DNA of 47,282 bases from Piromyces finnis finn (Eukaryota > Fungi > Neocallimastigomycota): positions 1 to 47,282 of the forward strand of contig MCFH01000109.1 of the NCBI GenBank assembly GCA_002104945.1, read 5' to 3'. Positions 1 through 11,654 of the stretch are shown piece by piece. The first letter of the stretch is position 1. Each line of letters opens with the position of its first letter. The notes below the pieces were generated by a model. It searched no databases, was not told the DNA's origin, and saw nothing but the letters and a program-made list of their open reading frames with translations. The position numbers were made by a program, and so were the translations under genes.

Positions 1-39
1 GCCAAATCCTACTTCGAGGATTGGATCAACAATGACCAA
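1..39 (+). pseudogene. gag: Fragment of copia-2-family gag, cut by LTR A1
   Basis: Translates AKSYFEDWINNDQ versus AKSYFEDWTNNDQ in the 24557-29830 polyprotein; 36/39 nt match the reverse complement of ~29039-29077. Ends at the TG of LTR A1. Confidence 0.85.
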
Positions 40-783
40 TGTAAAGATATAATTATATCTTAGATTATTTAATAATTAATTATTAATTATTAAATAATAA
101 ATTAATATTTAGTAAAACTGATTATAAAATTTTTGAGTAAATTTTATGGAATAATTTAATAATAAATATATTTTATAATAATTCCGTTAAATTTAAATTA
201 AGATAAATATTTAAGTTTAAGGAATAAAAGAATTTTAATTTAAATTTAAATATTTTTTAAATACTTTTTATTTAATTTTAGAATAGATTATACTTTTTTA
301 TTTAAATTTAGAATAGTTTAATAATTTTAACTTAGTTTTAAAAATAGATTTTTTATATTTCAATAGGAAATATATTAAGAATAGTATTGATAATATTAAA
401 TTAATTTATAGAAAATACATGGGCTTTATTCAATTTTGAGTTTACTCAAATTGAATTAAAAGTATAATGAATTAGTTTAGTTTAGTTCTGTTATTTTATT
501 ATTTAATTAAATTCATTTATATTTATTTTATAAAAAGAATATTTCATTTGTTTTTTAATATTTCTAAAAATATAAATACATGTAATTTTTATTTGTTAAA
601 TCGATGTAATTGTTATTTTCAATTTTTTAATTATTAACTATTATATAGCTAATAATATTTTTAAGAGTTTAAATAAAATGTTTTCTTAAAATAAAGATTT
701 AATGTTTTATTTTTTTATTTTTGTGTTAATAAAAATTGTTTTGTTTTAAGTATGAAATCTGTTTTAAATTTTATACTTTTACA
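40..783 (+). repeat. LTR A1 (5' LTR of element A)
   Basis: TGTAAAG...TTTACA; near-identical to 5304-5359+10951-11654 except one diverged block of ~60-80 nt. Confidence 0.9.
571..578 (+). promoter_or_regulatory. Putative TATA box of LTR A, 35 nt before the predicted transcript start at 606
   Basis: TATAAATA, conserved in A2 and in the diverged A-like solo LTR; AT-rich context weakens the call. Confidence 0.45.
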
Positions 784-794
784 ATAACAATTAC
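784..794 (+). promoter_or_regulatory. Self-priming primer-binding site (Tf1-type)
   Basis: ATAACAATTAC directly after the LTR is the exact reverse complement of GTAATTGTTAT at 606-616; no TGG tRNA-type PBS is present. Confidence 0.75.
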
Positions 795-951
795 CTTTTC
801 TTATTAAAAAACACGTTTTATATTTAATAATAAAACAATTTTTATTTTCTGAAGTTACAACATTGGGAATTGCTACCGTAGAAAATTTGGAACTTTTCGG
901 AAATTTTTTCTCTTCGGAAATTTCTTTTTTGTCTACTTGAGTAGCCTACCT

Positions 952-1173
952 TGTGGAACTATTTATGGTGTAACTTCTGTCAGTGTAACATTAATTTTGT
1001 GTTACCCTACTTTGTGAAATTCTAAATAAATTTTGTGAAACACTACTTTGTGGAACTATAATTGTGGAATTTTTACCTACTTGTGGAACACTACCTTGTG
1101 AAATCCTTCCTTCGTGGAATTCTTTTGAACGAATCTCGTGGAACTTTGCTTGTGGAACTTCTACTCTGTGAAA
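952..1173 (+). repeat. Cluster of 11 YGTG(G/A)AA motifs in the leader of element A
   Basis: Copies start at 952, 1013, 1034, 1049, 1063, 1082, 1097, 1113, 1137, 1151 and 1167; further variants between ~865 and 1223. Confidence 0.8.
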
Positions 1174-1330
1174 CTTTCCTTTTTATATTGGAATTGGAAT
1201 AAGTGTAACTCTACTGTATGGAACAATGAAATCTTTATATATAAAATCTATCTGTAATACTAATAGAAATATATTTATGAAATACTCTTGTTTTTAAATT
1301 GATGAAACTCTTTTAAAATTAAATTTAATT

Positions 1331-2848
1331 ATAATATACTATAAAAAGAACTCGCTCGACACCGTTTGATAGGATAGAGTCTGAGCGACATCTTTTATAC
1401 ATAGTATATTATAAATTAAATTGGATATATACAATTAAAAGAGTAAATTAAATCAAAAAATTAATTACAAAGTAAGAAAATTAAAACTTATTTAAAAAGA
1501 AAGAAAATTAAGAAAAAGTTAATAAAATTTTAAAATTATTTAAATATATTGAGAAATAAGTGAATTAGTATGTTGATTTCACTTATTTGAATGAATTATT
1601 AATTGTTATTTTGAAATGAACTTATTATATACTTAAAAGACCTCGCTCGACACCGTTTGATAGGATAGAGTCTGAGCGACATCTTTTAAACATGGTATAT
1701 AATAATTATAGAATTATTTAAAATATATTGTATGAAAATTAAAATTTTGATATTTATTAATTAAAATGAAATTGAGAAATAAGTGAATTAAAATGTAAAT
1801 ATCACTTATTGGAAAAAGTTATTTTATTGAAATATATTTATTATATATTATAAAAGACCTCGCTCGACACCTTTTGATAGGATAGAGTCTGAGCGACATC
1901 TTTTAGACGTAGTATATAATAATTTTAGATTTATTTAAAATACATTGAGAAATATGAAAATTAAAATTTTGATATTTATTAATTAAAAGTAGTTGAGGAA
2001 TAAGTTATCTTATTGAAATAAATTTATTATATACTATAAAAGACCTCGCTCGACACCTTTTGATAGGATAGAGTCTGAGCGACATCTTTAGATATTGTAT
2101 ATAATAAATTAAATTGAATATATAATTAAAACAAATTAAAATTTGATTATATAATAAGTAAATTTGAAATGAATTTATTATATACTTAAAAGACCTCGCT
2201 CGACACCTTTTGATAGGATAGAGTCTGAGCGACATCTTTTAGATATAGTATATAATAAATTAAAATTAAGAAATGAATTAAAATTTTACAATAAAAGTAA
2301 AAGTAATAAATGTGTAAAGTTAGTTAAATAAATAAATTATTCTTTATTATAATAAGATTTCGATGACACCTTTTTAGAGGACAGAGTCAGATCGACATCT
2401 TTTTGGGAAATAGTATATAATAAATTAAATTGAAAATACTATAAATTAATTTAACTTGAAAATTTGAAATATATAATTTTATTTAATGAAGTTAGAAAAT
2501 GATTTGATATTTAAAATCACTTTTAAAATAATTTAACTTCATACTAAATAAAGAACTCGACGACACCTTTTCTTTAAAGGATAGAGTCAGGTCGACTTCT
2601 TTAATATGAAGATACAATATAAATTCGATTAACTAACTAAATAAATAAAATATATTCAAGGATTATATATTATTAATTAAATTAGATAAATACAATTAAG
2701 AAGTTTATTAAATAATATATTAAAATATTATGAAGTAATACGAAAACGAGCTTAAAAAAAAAATAATTTAATTTCATTGTAATAACATGTTTTATACTTT
2801 ATAAAGAATTCGCTGACACCAGTTGATAGGATGGAGTTGACTTCTTTT
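1331..2848 (+). repeat. Array of 8 GC-rich ~50-bp hairpin cores separated by diverged AT-rich spacers
   Basis: Cores at ~1344, 1635, 1852, 2038, 2188, 2354, 2550 and 2803; consensus AAAAGACCTCGCTCGACACCTTTTGATAGGATAGAGTCTGAGCGACATCTTTT. Confidence 0.92.
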
Positions 2849-5291
2849 ATATAAATGTGTATTTTATATAACTGAATATTTGACTAAATAGAAAATTCTT
2901 AATAATTAGAATATAAATTTAAAGCATTTTTAATTTGATTTGAATTTATCAACAAAAGTCAATACAAATTTAGTTATTTAAAAAGTTATACATTTATTAA
3001 AAAAAAAATTATTTTTATATTTAGTAAATTAAGATAATTTGAATGAAATAGTTTATTAAATAATTCATTAAACAAATGATTAAGATTAATAATTAAAATA
3101 ATTTGAATTCAATATGAGGAGGTTTTACAAATTTAGTTGTTAAATCAATTATGTTTTTTATAATTAATAAATTAAAATAAATTAATTAAATAAAGAATTT
3201 CTTATAATTGTAGAATAAATTCACAAATTTAATTTGATTTGAATTTATTATAAAGAAGTTATTGTATATCTAGTTAATAAGTTTATATTTTTATTAAGAA
3301 GTAAGTTTTATATTTAAAAGATTCAAATAACTTGAATAAATTAATATAGTAGCTTTGATTGAATAATTATAAAGTTAAATAAATATATAATAAGAAATGA
3401 GTGTAATATTTTTTTATTCTTAATAATATGATGGTAGTGAAATCAGAGCTAGAAAATTAATCTATTCTGGATCTGTTCTTAATTTCATTTAGTATTGTAG
3501 AATTAGAAATAGCTATAATAGAAATTAATGAGGAATAGTTTTAGTAATAGTAACAATTTGATAATATAATAGTTAGTATTAATAATAATTAAAAAAAAAA
3601 TAGAATTAATAAATACAACAAATGAAAAAAAAAATATAATAAAATGTAATAAATAGAATAAATTAATAAATAGAATAAGTTAATAAATATGATAAATGTA
3701 ATAAATATAATGAATAAAACAAATATAAATTAATGTAATATGTATAATAATTATAAGAGTTTTTAATAAATGAATAGTTTTTATGTACTTAATAAAACGA
3801 ACTTTATAAAGGAAAAAAAAAAAAAATTTTAATCTTTATACAATTCTTTTTATTGGAAGTATAATGAGATTGATAACTAAAATTACTATATATTGATTGT
3901 AGGAAATTAAATGATATAATTATTGAAATTCATATATTCCTTTAATCAATAAATAAGATAAATGGAGTAAAATATGTTTTTAAACTAAATTTAAATATAT
4001 CAATAGCTTAGTAATAATTAAATAAGGTGATGAATTTAAAATTGCTTTAATCTTTATATGGCATTTTTAATTTATTATCATACCTTTTATTCAAAAATGT
4101 ATCAGCTCTATTTTAATATTTTAAGTGATGCTTTTGATGAAGTATTTTAATTACTTTATAATTAATAATATTTAGTACAACATTATGTATATGTTTATAT
4201 CAATTCTGTGATGTTTTATTGATGATATTTAAATTTATGAATTCATTGTTAAATTTTTAAAAAAAGAAATAATTTTATAATACCATATATTGATAAATTA
4301 TAAAATAAAAGAGAATTATAAATATGCTAAAAGTATTTTAAAAATGTCTAAAAATGATAAATTTGTTAATTAAATTATAGTATTTACTTGATGACTTGAT
4401 ACCACTTTTGTTTATTTAATAATAAGATTAAAAAAAAAATAGTGGTATAGTTAATATAATTATTGAATGATGTTTTTCCATTATTATTAATGAATGTTAA
4501 TTTTTTTTACAAATATTTTATTACTAAGAATTTTGTTATATTTATTTGCTTAATAATAACCTTTAAAAAAAAATAAGTTCCACTTGGTTTAAAGTTTGTA
4601 CAATAATAAAAAACATTTAATATTCTTTAAATGCTATTTTCTTTATAATTTTAGAATTGTCTGTTTGATATATTTTATATAAATTTTATCACAGACTTTT
4701 CATTTAAATGAGAGGGTGAACGAGATATTGTTCCAATATCTCCGTTGGTTAATAAAATCGAATTGATTGTTATATTGGAATCTACTTATAATATTTTATT
4801 GTAATCAATCAATCAATTTCAATTTTATACAAACTATGGATTTAATTTAAAATTTAATATTGAAATTTCTTCAGCTAATAAACCAAAGAAAGTTGAACAG
4901 ATTATTATAAGTATTAATAAAAAGTATTAAAATTGTAAAATAGAATTTTGATCATGCATAAGAAGATTATAAAAGTCATGATGATCAAGAAGAATTGAAT
5001 AAATAAAAATTTGAAACTTAAAGTAAATGTTTTGTTTTGAATACTTAAATAAAAATGTTAATAGAAAACAATTTATAAATAACCATAATCTGAATATAAA
5101 AACAAATGGATTCTTGATGATTAAGTTTTAGATAAATTATTAGAATTATGTATAAGTAACAAGAATGATAATAAGAGTATAAATAAATTAAATACTTATA
5201 TATTTTTTTAACAATGTTATGATTTAGAAAAAGTAGTAACCATTTGTTATTTAAATTTCTTCAAGAAAATAATCTCGCAGGAGCTCGACTT

Positions 5292-5303
5292 AAAGGGCGA
5301 GAT
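5292..5303 (+). promoter_or_regulatory. Polypurine tract of element A
   Basis: AAAGGGCGAGAT immediately before the TG of LTR A2. Confidence 0.65.
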
Positions 5304-5633
5304 TGTAAAGATATAAGATATATCTTTAGATTATTTAATAATTAATTATTAATTATTAATGAAAGAATAGAATTTAGCTAGAACTTAAATTACTAATAAA
5401 AATTTATATTACTAATATTAAACTTTAATTAATAATAAAATTATAATGTAATTACTAATGTAATGTTTCTTAGAATAATCGTAACATATAGTATTACTAA
5501 TTTACATTAGCCACATACTTTAGTATAAAAAGGAATTTGTAAATGTATTATTAAAATCTTTGTAATTACCTTTATTAAATTAAATTTAATAAACATAATA
5601 AATAAACTTTATTAAACCTAAATTTACTTTTCA

Positions 5634-5647
5634 GATTAAGAGCCTCA
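5634..5647 (+). promoter_or_regulatory. Copia-1 PBS, complementary to an anticodon arm like that of tRNA-Lys(CUU)
   Basis: GATTAAGAGCCTCA (reverse complement TGAGGCT-CTT-AATC) lies directly between the LTR and the ATG. Confidence 0.6.
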
Positions 5648-8077
5648 ATGGCTACCGAATATATTCTTTCTAACCACGGACGTCCACTTAACGGTGACAA
5701 TTTTAGTGCTTGGAAATTAAGAATTACCAGCATCCTCACCGCTTTAAATCTCAAGAATTATTTAGACCAAAATATTACTACTAATGAAATTCAAGATCCA
5801 GGTGAAATCCTAAGAATACAAAAGGAAAATGCAGCTGCTGTATCTATTATACTTAACAATATTGAAGATAAAATCTACCCGTTGATAACCGATACTGATA
5901 CTGCCCACGAACTTATGGAAAACTTAAAAATCCTCTTTGAGCAAGACGAAGATGTAACTTTACAAGAATGGATGAACAAATTAAGAGATATGAAGGTCAA
6001 AAATCACAAAGAAATACTTAGCGTAACTAGTAAAATGATGTCCATATTTAAACAAATGGAGAAGAAAAAGTTACCAATTACTGAACAAGAAAAAATAGAT
6101 TATCTCTTAGGATGTATGCCAAAAGAACTAAAAATCATTTTCATTTCTGGAACCACAACTACTGCAAATGACGTTTATGAAGATATTAAAAATAAATACA
6201 AATTACTCTACCATATAGGAAAAAATAAAGAAATTAGAAATACAAGAAGCTATGATGAAGATATGATGGACATTGACTTAGTTAACAATATAATGAAATT
6301 TAACAAGGGCAACAACAATAACTCTAGAATAAGCAAATACTGTCATATATGCAATATGAAAAATCATAATACTAGTGAATGCGGTTATAACACAAAAAAC
6401 AAGAATAGATACAACAAATACAACAATAACAGCAACAACAACAGAAGGAAACTATATCAAAATAACAAAAGAAATTATAATAGAAACAACATCAATTATT
6501 TAAACAAGAAAGAAATGGATGAAATTTTATCAAATGATGGACTTGCCTATATTAATAACATCAATAATAAAGAAAATAATGAGAAATCTTCGAACTCTAC
6601 TACCTGGATATATGACACAGGTGCTTCTGAACACATAACTAATGATAAAAGTATTTTAAGAAATTTTGTTGAACAAAAATTAAAAATGAAGTGTGCCAAC
6701 AATACTACTTGTGAATTTCAGGGATTCGGTACATACGAAGGAAAACTAAATAACCATAACATAACATTAAAAAGGGTTTTATACTCCAAGGATATAGCAC
6801 AAAATCTAATAAGTGGAATAAAATTAGCACAATCACACATAAATTGTGAAATAATTAATAAAAATTTCAAACCACAGTTAATAATCAAATACAATAATAA
6901 AAATATATTTAGAACACATGTCAATAAAAGGAATAATTTCAAAATTAAAACACAAAATAATAATTTCAATGATAAAAAGATATATTGTATCAATGAAAAT
7001 TTATCAAATAATATATGGCACAATAGATTAGGACATTACTATAACAAAAATCTAGAAAATTTTTTAAAGTCACACAAAATTGAAAATAATGAATGCCTAC
7101 ATTGTAAAATATCAAAATTAAATAGAAAACCACACAATGGAATCCCACCCAAAGCGACTAGAAGAAACGAAGTTATTCATTCCGATGTTATGGGACCTTT
7201 ACCACCATCAATAAATCAATATAAATATATTCTAACTTTTATTGACGAAGCTACTAGAAAAGGTTGGGTATTTAATCTAAAAAACAAATCAGATGTTACT
7301 AGTACGACTATCAATTTTATTAAATTAATCAACAATAACTACCAAAATGAAAAAATTAAAATCTTTAAGTCTGATAATGGAAAAGAATACAATAATAAAA
7401 AATTATTAAATTTTTGTAAACGAAATGGTATTAAGAAAGAATTTTCCCCACCTTACAATCCTCAAAACAATGGGATAGCTGAACGTTTCAACAGAACTAT
7501 TACATCGTGCGTTAAAACAATTTTGTTTTGGGCAAAACTTAGTTTAAACTTTTGGGAATATGCAGTAAAACATGCTGTATATATTTATAATATAATACCA
7601 CACAGTTGTATTTCCAATAAAATTCCTAATGAAATATACTTCAATAAAAAGATAAATCTAAACTATTTAAAAACTTTTGGTTGCATTGCATACTATAAGA
7701 ATTTCAACCAAAACAAAAGAAAATTTGATATCAACTCCAGAAAAGGAATTTACTTAGGATTTAATAATAATACTCACTGTTTTATAATTATGGATTTCTA
7801 CGATCATAATATACATTTAGTAAGAGAAGCAATTTTCATAGAAGAAAAACCAGGCAATCTCAAAATTGTATCCGACAACAATCCTGGTTACTCTAATATT
7901 TCAAAAACAAAAATTTCTAATGGTACAATGGTATATAAACATGATCAGGAATCTAACTATGAGGAGATCGATACCAACCACTATCCTACCATAATTAAAA
8001 TCAAGAATAATTTTGACAATAATTATAATAATATCAGTGAGGATAGTTACACAGAAGAAATTTTTCAGCAAAATAAT
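5648..8077 (+). CDS. gag-pol: Copia-1 polyprotein, N-terminal part: Gag, zinc knuckle, protease, integrase
   Basis: CHICNMKNHNTSEC knuckle; WIYDTGASEH protease; WHNRLGH; IHSDVMGP / SDNGKEY / NGIAERFNRT integrase core. The ORF-track stop at 8098 lies inside the inserted solo LTR. Confidence 0.93.
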
Positions 8078-8801
8078 TGTAAAAATTTTAAAATTTAAAA
8101 CAGATTATAAAATTTTTTACAATAAAACAAAAACACTAAAAATAAAAAATTAAAAACAAAACAAAATTTATTTATATCCTCTTTTATTTATTCTTATTTA
8201 GTTATTAACTAAACTATAGTCAATAACAATTACATCGTTTAACTATGAAATTTTACATGTATTTATATTTTTTACAAATTATATTTTAATATACTATTCT
8301 ATTTAATTATACATATATTCAATATAAAATAAACAAAACTAATTTAATACTAATTTAATTAAATAATAAAATAATAAAACTAAACTAAAACTAATTAAAT
8401 ACACTTTTGATTCAATTTGAGTAAACTACAAATTGAATACAGTCCATGTATTACCTATATATTAATTAAATATTAATAATACTATTTATTATATATTTAC
8501 TATTAAAAAATACTAATTTAAAACTACGCTAAAGTTATTAAACTATTTTTAATTAAATAAGAACTTTTTAAGATTTAATTTGAATATTTAAAATATTTAA
8601 ATTTAATTATCCATTAATTTAAATATTTATCCAAATTTCATTTCCAATTTTGATATTTTAAAATTAATATTTATTTAATTATTCCTTAAAATTTATATAA
8701 TAAATTTTATAAATAATTTTTCATTAAAAATATCAAAATTATTATTTAATAATTATTAATTAATTATTAAATAATTTAAAGATATATATTATATCTTTAC
8801 A
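8078..8801 (-). mobile_element. Solo LTR of an A-related family, antisense within the copia-1 ORF
   Basis: TG...CA, 724 bp, 5-bp TSD ATAAT (8073-8077, 8802-8806). Reverse complement starts TGTAAAGATATAAT like LTR A and keeps the TATA and GTAATTGTTAT motifs. Confidence 0.9.
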
Positions 8802-8806
8802 ATAAT

Positions 8807-10654
8807 AATCATGAAAATAGTGATGATGGTTACACAGAAGAAATTTTTCAAGATGAAAATAATCTTAACAATTATGAAAATGATGTAATTATTCAAAATA
8901 AAAAATTAGTTACCGAGAATTCCAACAAAGATAATAATGAAAATATCAGCAATAACAATAATAAAAGACCACTTTCACCTACTGAAGATACACATATTAG
9001 CAAATATAGAATTACAAATACAACTGAAGAAGAAAATATTTCTGAAAATATTGTAAACAACACTATTTATAATATTGACAATAACGATAAAAATTCTGAA
9101 TGTAACACATTATTTTCTATTAATACTGAGGTTCCACTTACTTTCAATGATATATTTAAAAGAGAAGATTGGAAAGAATGGAGACGCGCTATTAGAAATG
9201 AACTTTTTAATCTATACAATAATAAAGTTATGATATTTACCAAAAATATTCCAGAAAATACAAATGTTATCTCTACAAAATGGGTTTTTAACATAAAACG
9301 TGATTCGAACAATAAAATTTCAACATATAAAGCTAGACTTGTTGCTAGAGGATACAAACAAAAATACGGAATTGATTATGACAATATCTACTCACCTACA
9401 TTAGACATTGTTTGCATTAGACTCATTCTATCTTTAGCTGCAAAATTTAAATGGAACACCTACCAACTAGATATTAAGGCCGCGTATTTAAATGCTCCAT
9501 TAGACAAAAATGTTTATGTTTCTATTCCCCAAGGTGATAAAAACTACAATAAAGGTTTCTGGCTTCTTAAGAAATCGTTATATGGATTAAAACAATCAGG
9601 CCGTAATTGGAATATCACTATCTCTGAATTTCTCTCAAAAATTGGATTTACTCAATGCAAATCGGAATCTTGTTTATTTTATAAAACTTTTGATAATTCT
9701 TTAACTTGTTTAATAGGTCTATACGTAGATGACATGATTATTTCTGGCACTAATCAGGAACTTATTAGCACTATATTAAAAATTAAAAATAAATTTTCTA
9801 TTTCAAAATGTGAAACTATTAATTTCATTTTAGGCATTCAGGTTGTACAGAAAAACTTCAGTTACACTATTTCCCAAAAATCATATATTGAAAACATTTT
9901 ATCAAAATATAATTTTAACAATATTAAAAAATCTAAAACCCCTTGTACTGGTGTAAATTATGTTTCTAAGAACAATTCTTTATTCGATAAAACTATCTAC
10001 AAATCGGCTATTGGTTCTTTAATTCACTTAGCTAAATGCACTCGCCCTGACATTGCTTATGCTGTTAATAATGCCGCCAGATATTGTGAAAATCCTACTG
10101 TTAGTGACTGGCATAAAATCATTAATATATTTAAATATCTCAATTTTTCTATGGAATACTCTATCACTTATGATGGATCTGGTGAATTTATTGCTTATTC
10201 TGATGCTGATTTTGGGGGAGACAAAAATGATAGAAAATCTACATCAGGCAATCTAATTTGTATGGGAAATAAACCAATCTTTTGGTCATCAAAGAAACAA
10301 AAAGTAGTTGCTCTTTCAACAGCTGAAGCGGAACTTATAAGTACTTCAGAACTAACAAGAAAAATCTTATGGCTAAGAAACATTTTTAAAGAAATTTTGA
10401 ACAAAAATATAACAATAAAAATATATACAGATAATTTATCCAGCAAAAAGACAATTGAAAATGGACAATTCAACAACAATATGAAACACATAGACTTAAG
10501 AGAACACTTTATCTTTGACGCTTTTAAAAATAATAAAATAATTTTAGAATATATAAAATCTGAAAATATGCTCGCTGATACATTAACCAAAAATACTAAT
10601 GGGCCAAAAATGACTAAATTCACAAACTTAATTTTTAATAAACAAAATAAATAA
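8807..10654 (+). CDS. pol: Copia-1 polyprotein, C-terminal part: linker, RT, RNase H
   Basis: In frame with 5648-8077 once the insert and one TSD are removed (~1425 aa); motifs KARLVARG, LDIKAAYLN, YVDD, YSDADF, ADTLTK. Confidence 0.93.
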   Translation, partial: NHENSDDGYTEEIFQDENNLNNYENDVIIQNKKLVTENSNKDNNENISNNNNKRPLSPTEDTHISKYRITNTTEEENISENIVNNTIYNIDNNDKNSECNTLFSINTEVPLTFNDIFKREDWKEWRRAIRNELFNLYNNKVMIFTKNIPENTNVISTKWVFNIKRDSNNKISTYKARLVARGYKQKYGIDYDNIYSPTLDIVCIRLILSLAAKFKWNTYQLDIKAAYLNAPLDKNVYVSIPQGDKNYNKGFWLLKKSLYGLKQSGRNWNITISEFLSKIGFTQCKSESCLFYKTFDNSLTCLIGLYVDDMIISGTNQELISTILKIKNKFSISKCETINFILGIQVVQKNFSYTISQKSYIENILSKYNFNNIKKSKTPCTGVNYVSKNNSLFDKTIYKSAIGSLIHLAKCTRPDIAYAVNNAARYCENPTVSDWHKIINIFKYLNFSMEYSITYDGSGEFIAYSDADFGGDKNDRKSTSGNLICMGNKPIFWSSKKQKVVALSTAEAELISTSELTRKILWLRNIFKEILNKNITIKIYTDNLSSKKTIENGQFNNNMKHIDLREHFIFDAFKNNKIILEYIKSENMLADTLTKNTNGPKMTKFTNLIFNKQNK

Positions 10655-11654
10655 TTAAGTTTGAGGGGAAGTGAAAGAATAGAATTTAGCTAGAACTTAA
10701 ATTACTAATAAAAATTTATATTACTAATATTAAACTTTAATTAATAATAAAATTATAATGTAATTACTAATGTAATGTTTCTTAGAATAATCGTAACATA
10801 TAGTATTACTAATTTACATTAGCCACATACTTTAGTATAAAAAGGAATTTGTAAATGTATTATTAAAATCTTTGTAATTACCTTTATTAAATTAAATTTA
10901 ATAAACATAATAAATAAACTTTATTAAACCTAAATTTACTTTTCAATTAAATAATAAATTAATATTTAGTAAAACTGATTATAAAATTTTTGAGTAAATT
11001 TTATGGAATAATTTAATAATAAATTATTTTATAATAATTCCGTTAAATTTAAATTAAGATAAATATTTAAGTTTAAGGAATAAAAGAATTTTAATTAAAT
11101 TTAAATATTTTTTAAATACTTTTTATTTAATTTTAGAATAGATTATACTTTTTTATTTAAATTTAGAATAGTTTAATAATTTTAACTTAGTTTTAAAAAT
11201 AGATTTATTTATATTTCAATAGGAAATATATTAAGAATAGTATTGATAATATTAAATTAATTTATAGAAAATACATGGGCTTTATTCAATTTTGAGTTTA
11301 CTCAAATTGAATTAAAAGTATAATGAATTAGTTTAGTTTAGTTCTGTTATTTTATTATTTAATTAAATTAGTTTTGTTTATTTTATATTAAATATATGTT
11401 TATTTAAATAGAATAATATATTAGAATATAATTATGAAAAATATAAATACATGTAATTTTTATTTGTTAAATCGATGTAATTGTTATTTTCAATTTTTTA
11501 ATTATTAACTATTATATAGCTAATAATATTTTTAAGAGTTTAAATAAAATGTTTTCTTAAAATAAAAATTTAATGTTTTATTTTTTTATTTTTGTGTTAA
11601 TAAAAATTGTTTTGTTTTAAGTATAAAATCTGTTTTAAATTTTATACTTTTACA

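Larger units (their letters stand above)
5360..10945 (+). mobile_element. Copia-1: full-length Ty1/copia retrotransposon
   Basis: 274-bp LTRs (5360-5633, 10672-10945) identical by eye; 5-bp TSD ATTAA (5355-5359, 10946-10950); PPT GAGGGGAAG at 10663-10671; domain order Gag-PR-IN-RT-RH. Confidence 0.97.
40..11654 (+). mobile_element. Element A: non-autonomous LTR element with a 4.5-kb non-coding interior; 3' LTR interrupted by copia-1
   Basis: LTRs at 40-783 and 5304-5359+10951-11654, PBS-like 11-mer at 784-794, PPT at 5292-5303, no long ORF in 784-5303. Flanks ACCAA and AATAT do not form a TSD. Confidence 0.8.
5304..11654 (+). repeat. LTR A2, split by copia-1 (pieces 5304-5359 and 10951-11654)
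   Basis: Removing copia-1 and one ATTAA copy restores a sequence colinear with 40-783. Confidence 0.9.

Noticed and set aside
1381-1388. Hammerhead core (CTGAGCGA) or box C/D or k-turn in the hairpin
   Set aside because: Hammerhead needs CUGANGA plus GAAA, neither of which is present; the CTGA is lost in units 6-7; tandem G-A pair geometry does not fit.
2005-2235. 76-aa ORF with repeated MSLRLYPIKRCRARS
   Set aside because: It is the antisense reading of two hairpin cores; other units do not keep the frame.
1331-2848. CRISPR array
   Set aside because: Spacers are 100-240 bp, AT-rich and homologous to one another; the context is eukaryotic with no cas genes. It is a tandem duplication with a conserved core.
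8035-8862. Duplicated peptide SEDSYTEEIFQ / SDDGYTEEIFQ flanking the solo LTR as a long TSD
   Set aside because: The copies are diverged and belong to the copia-1 linker; the true TSD is the 5-bp ATAAT.
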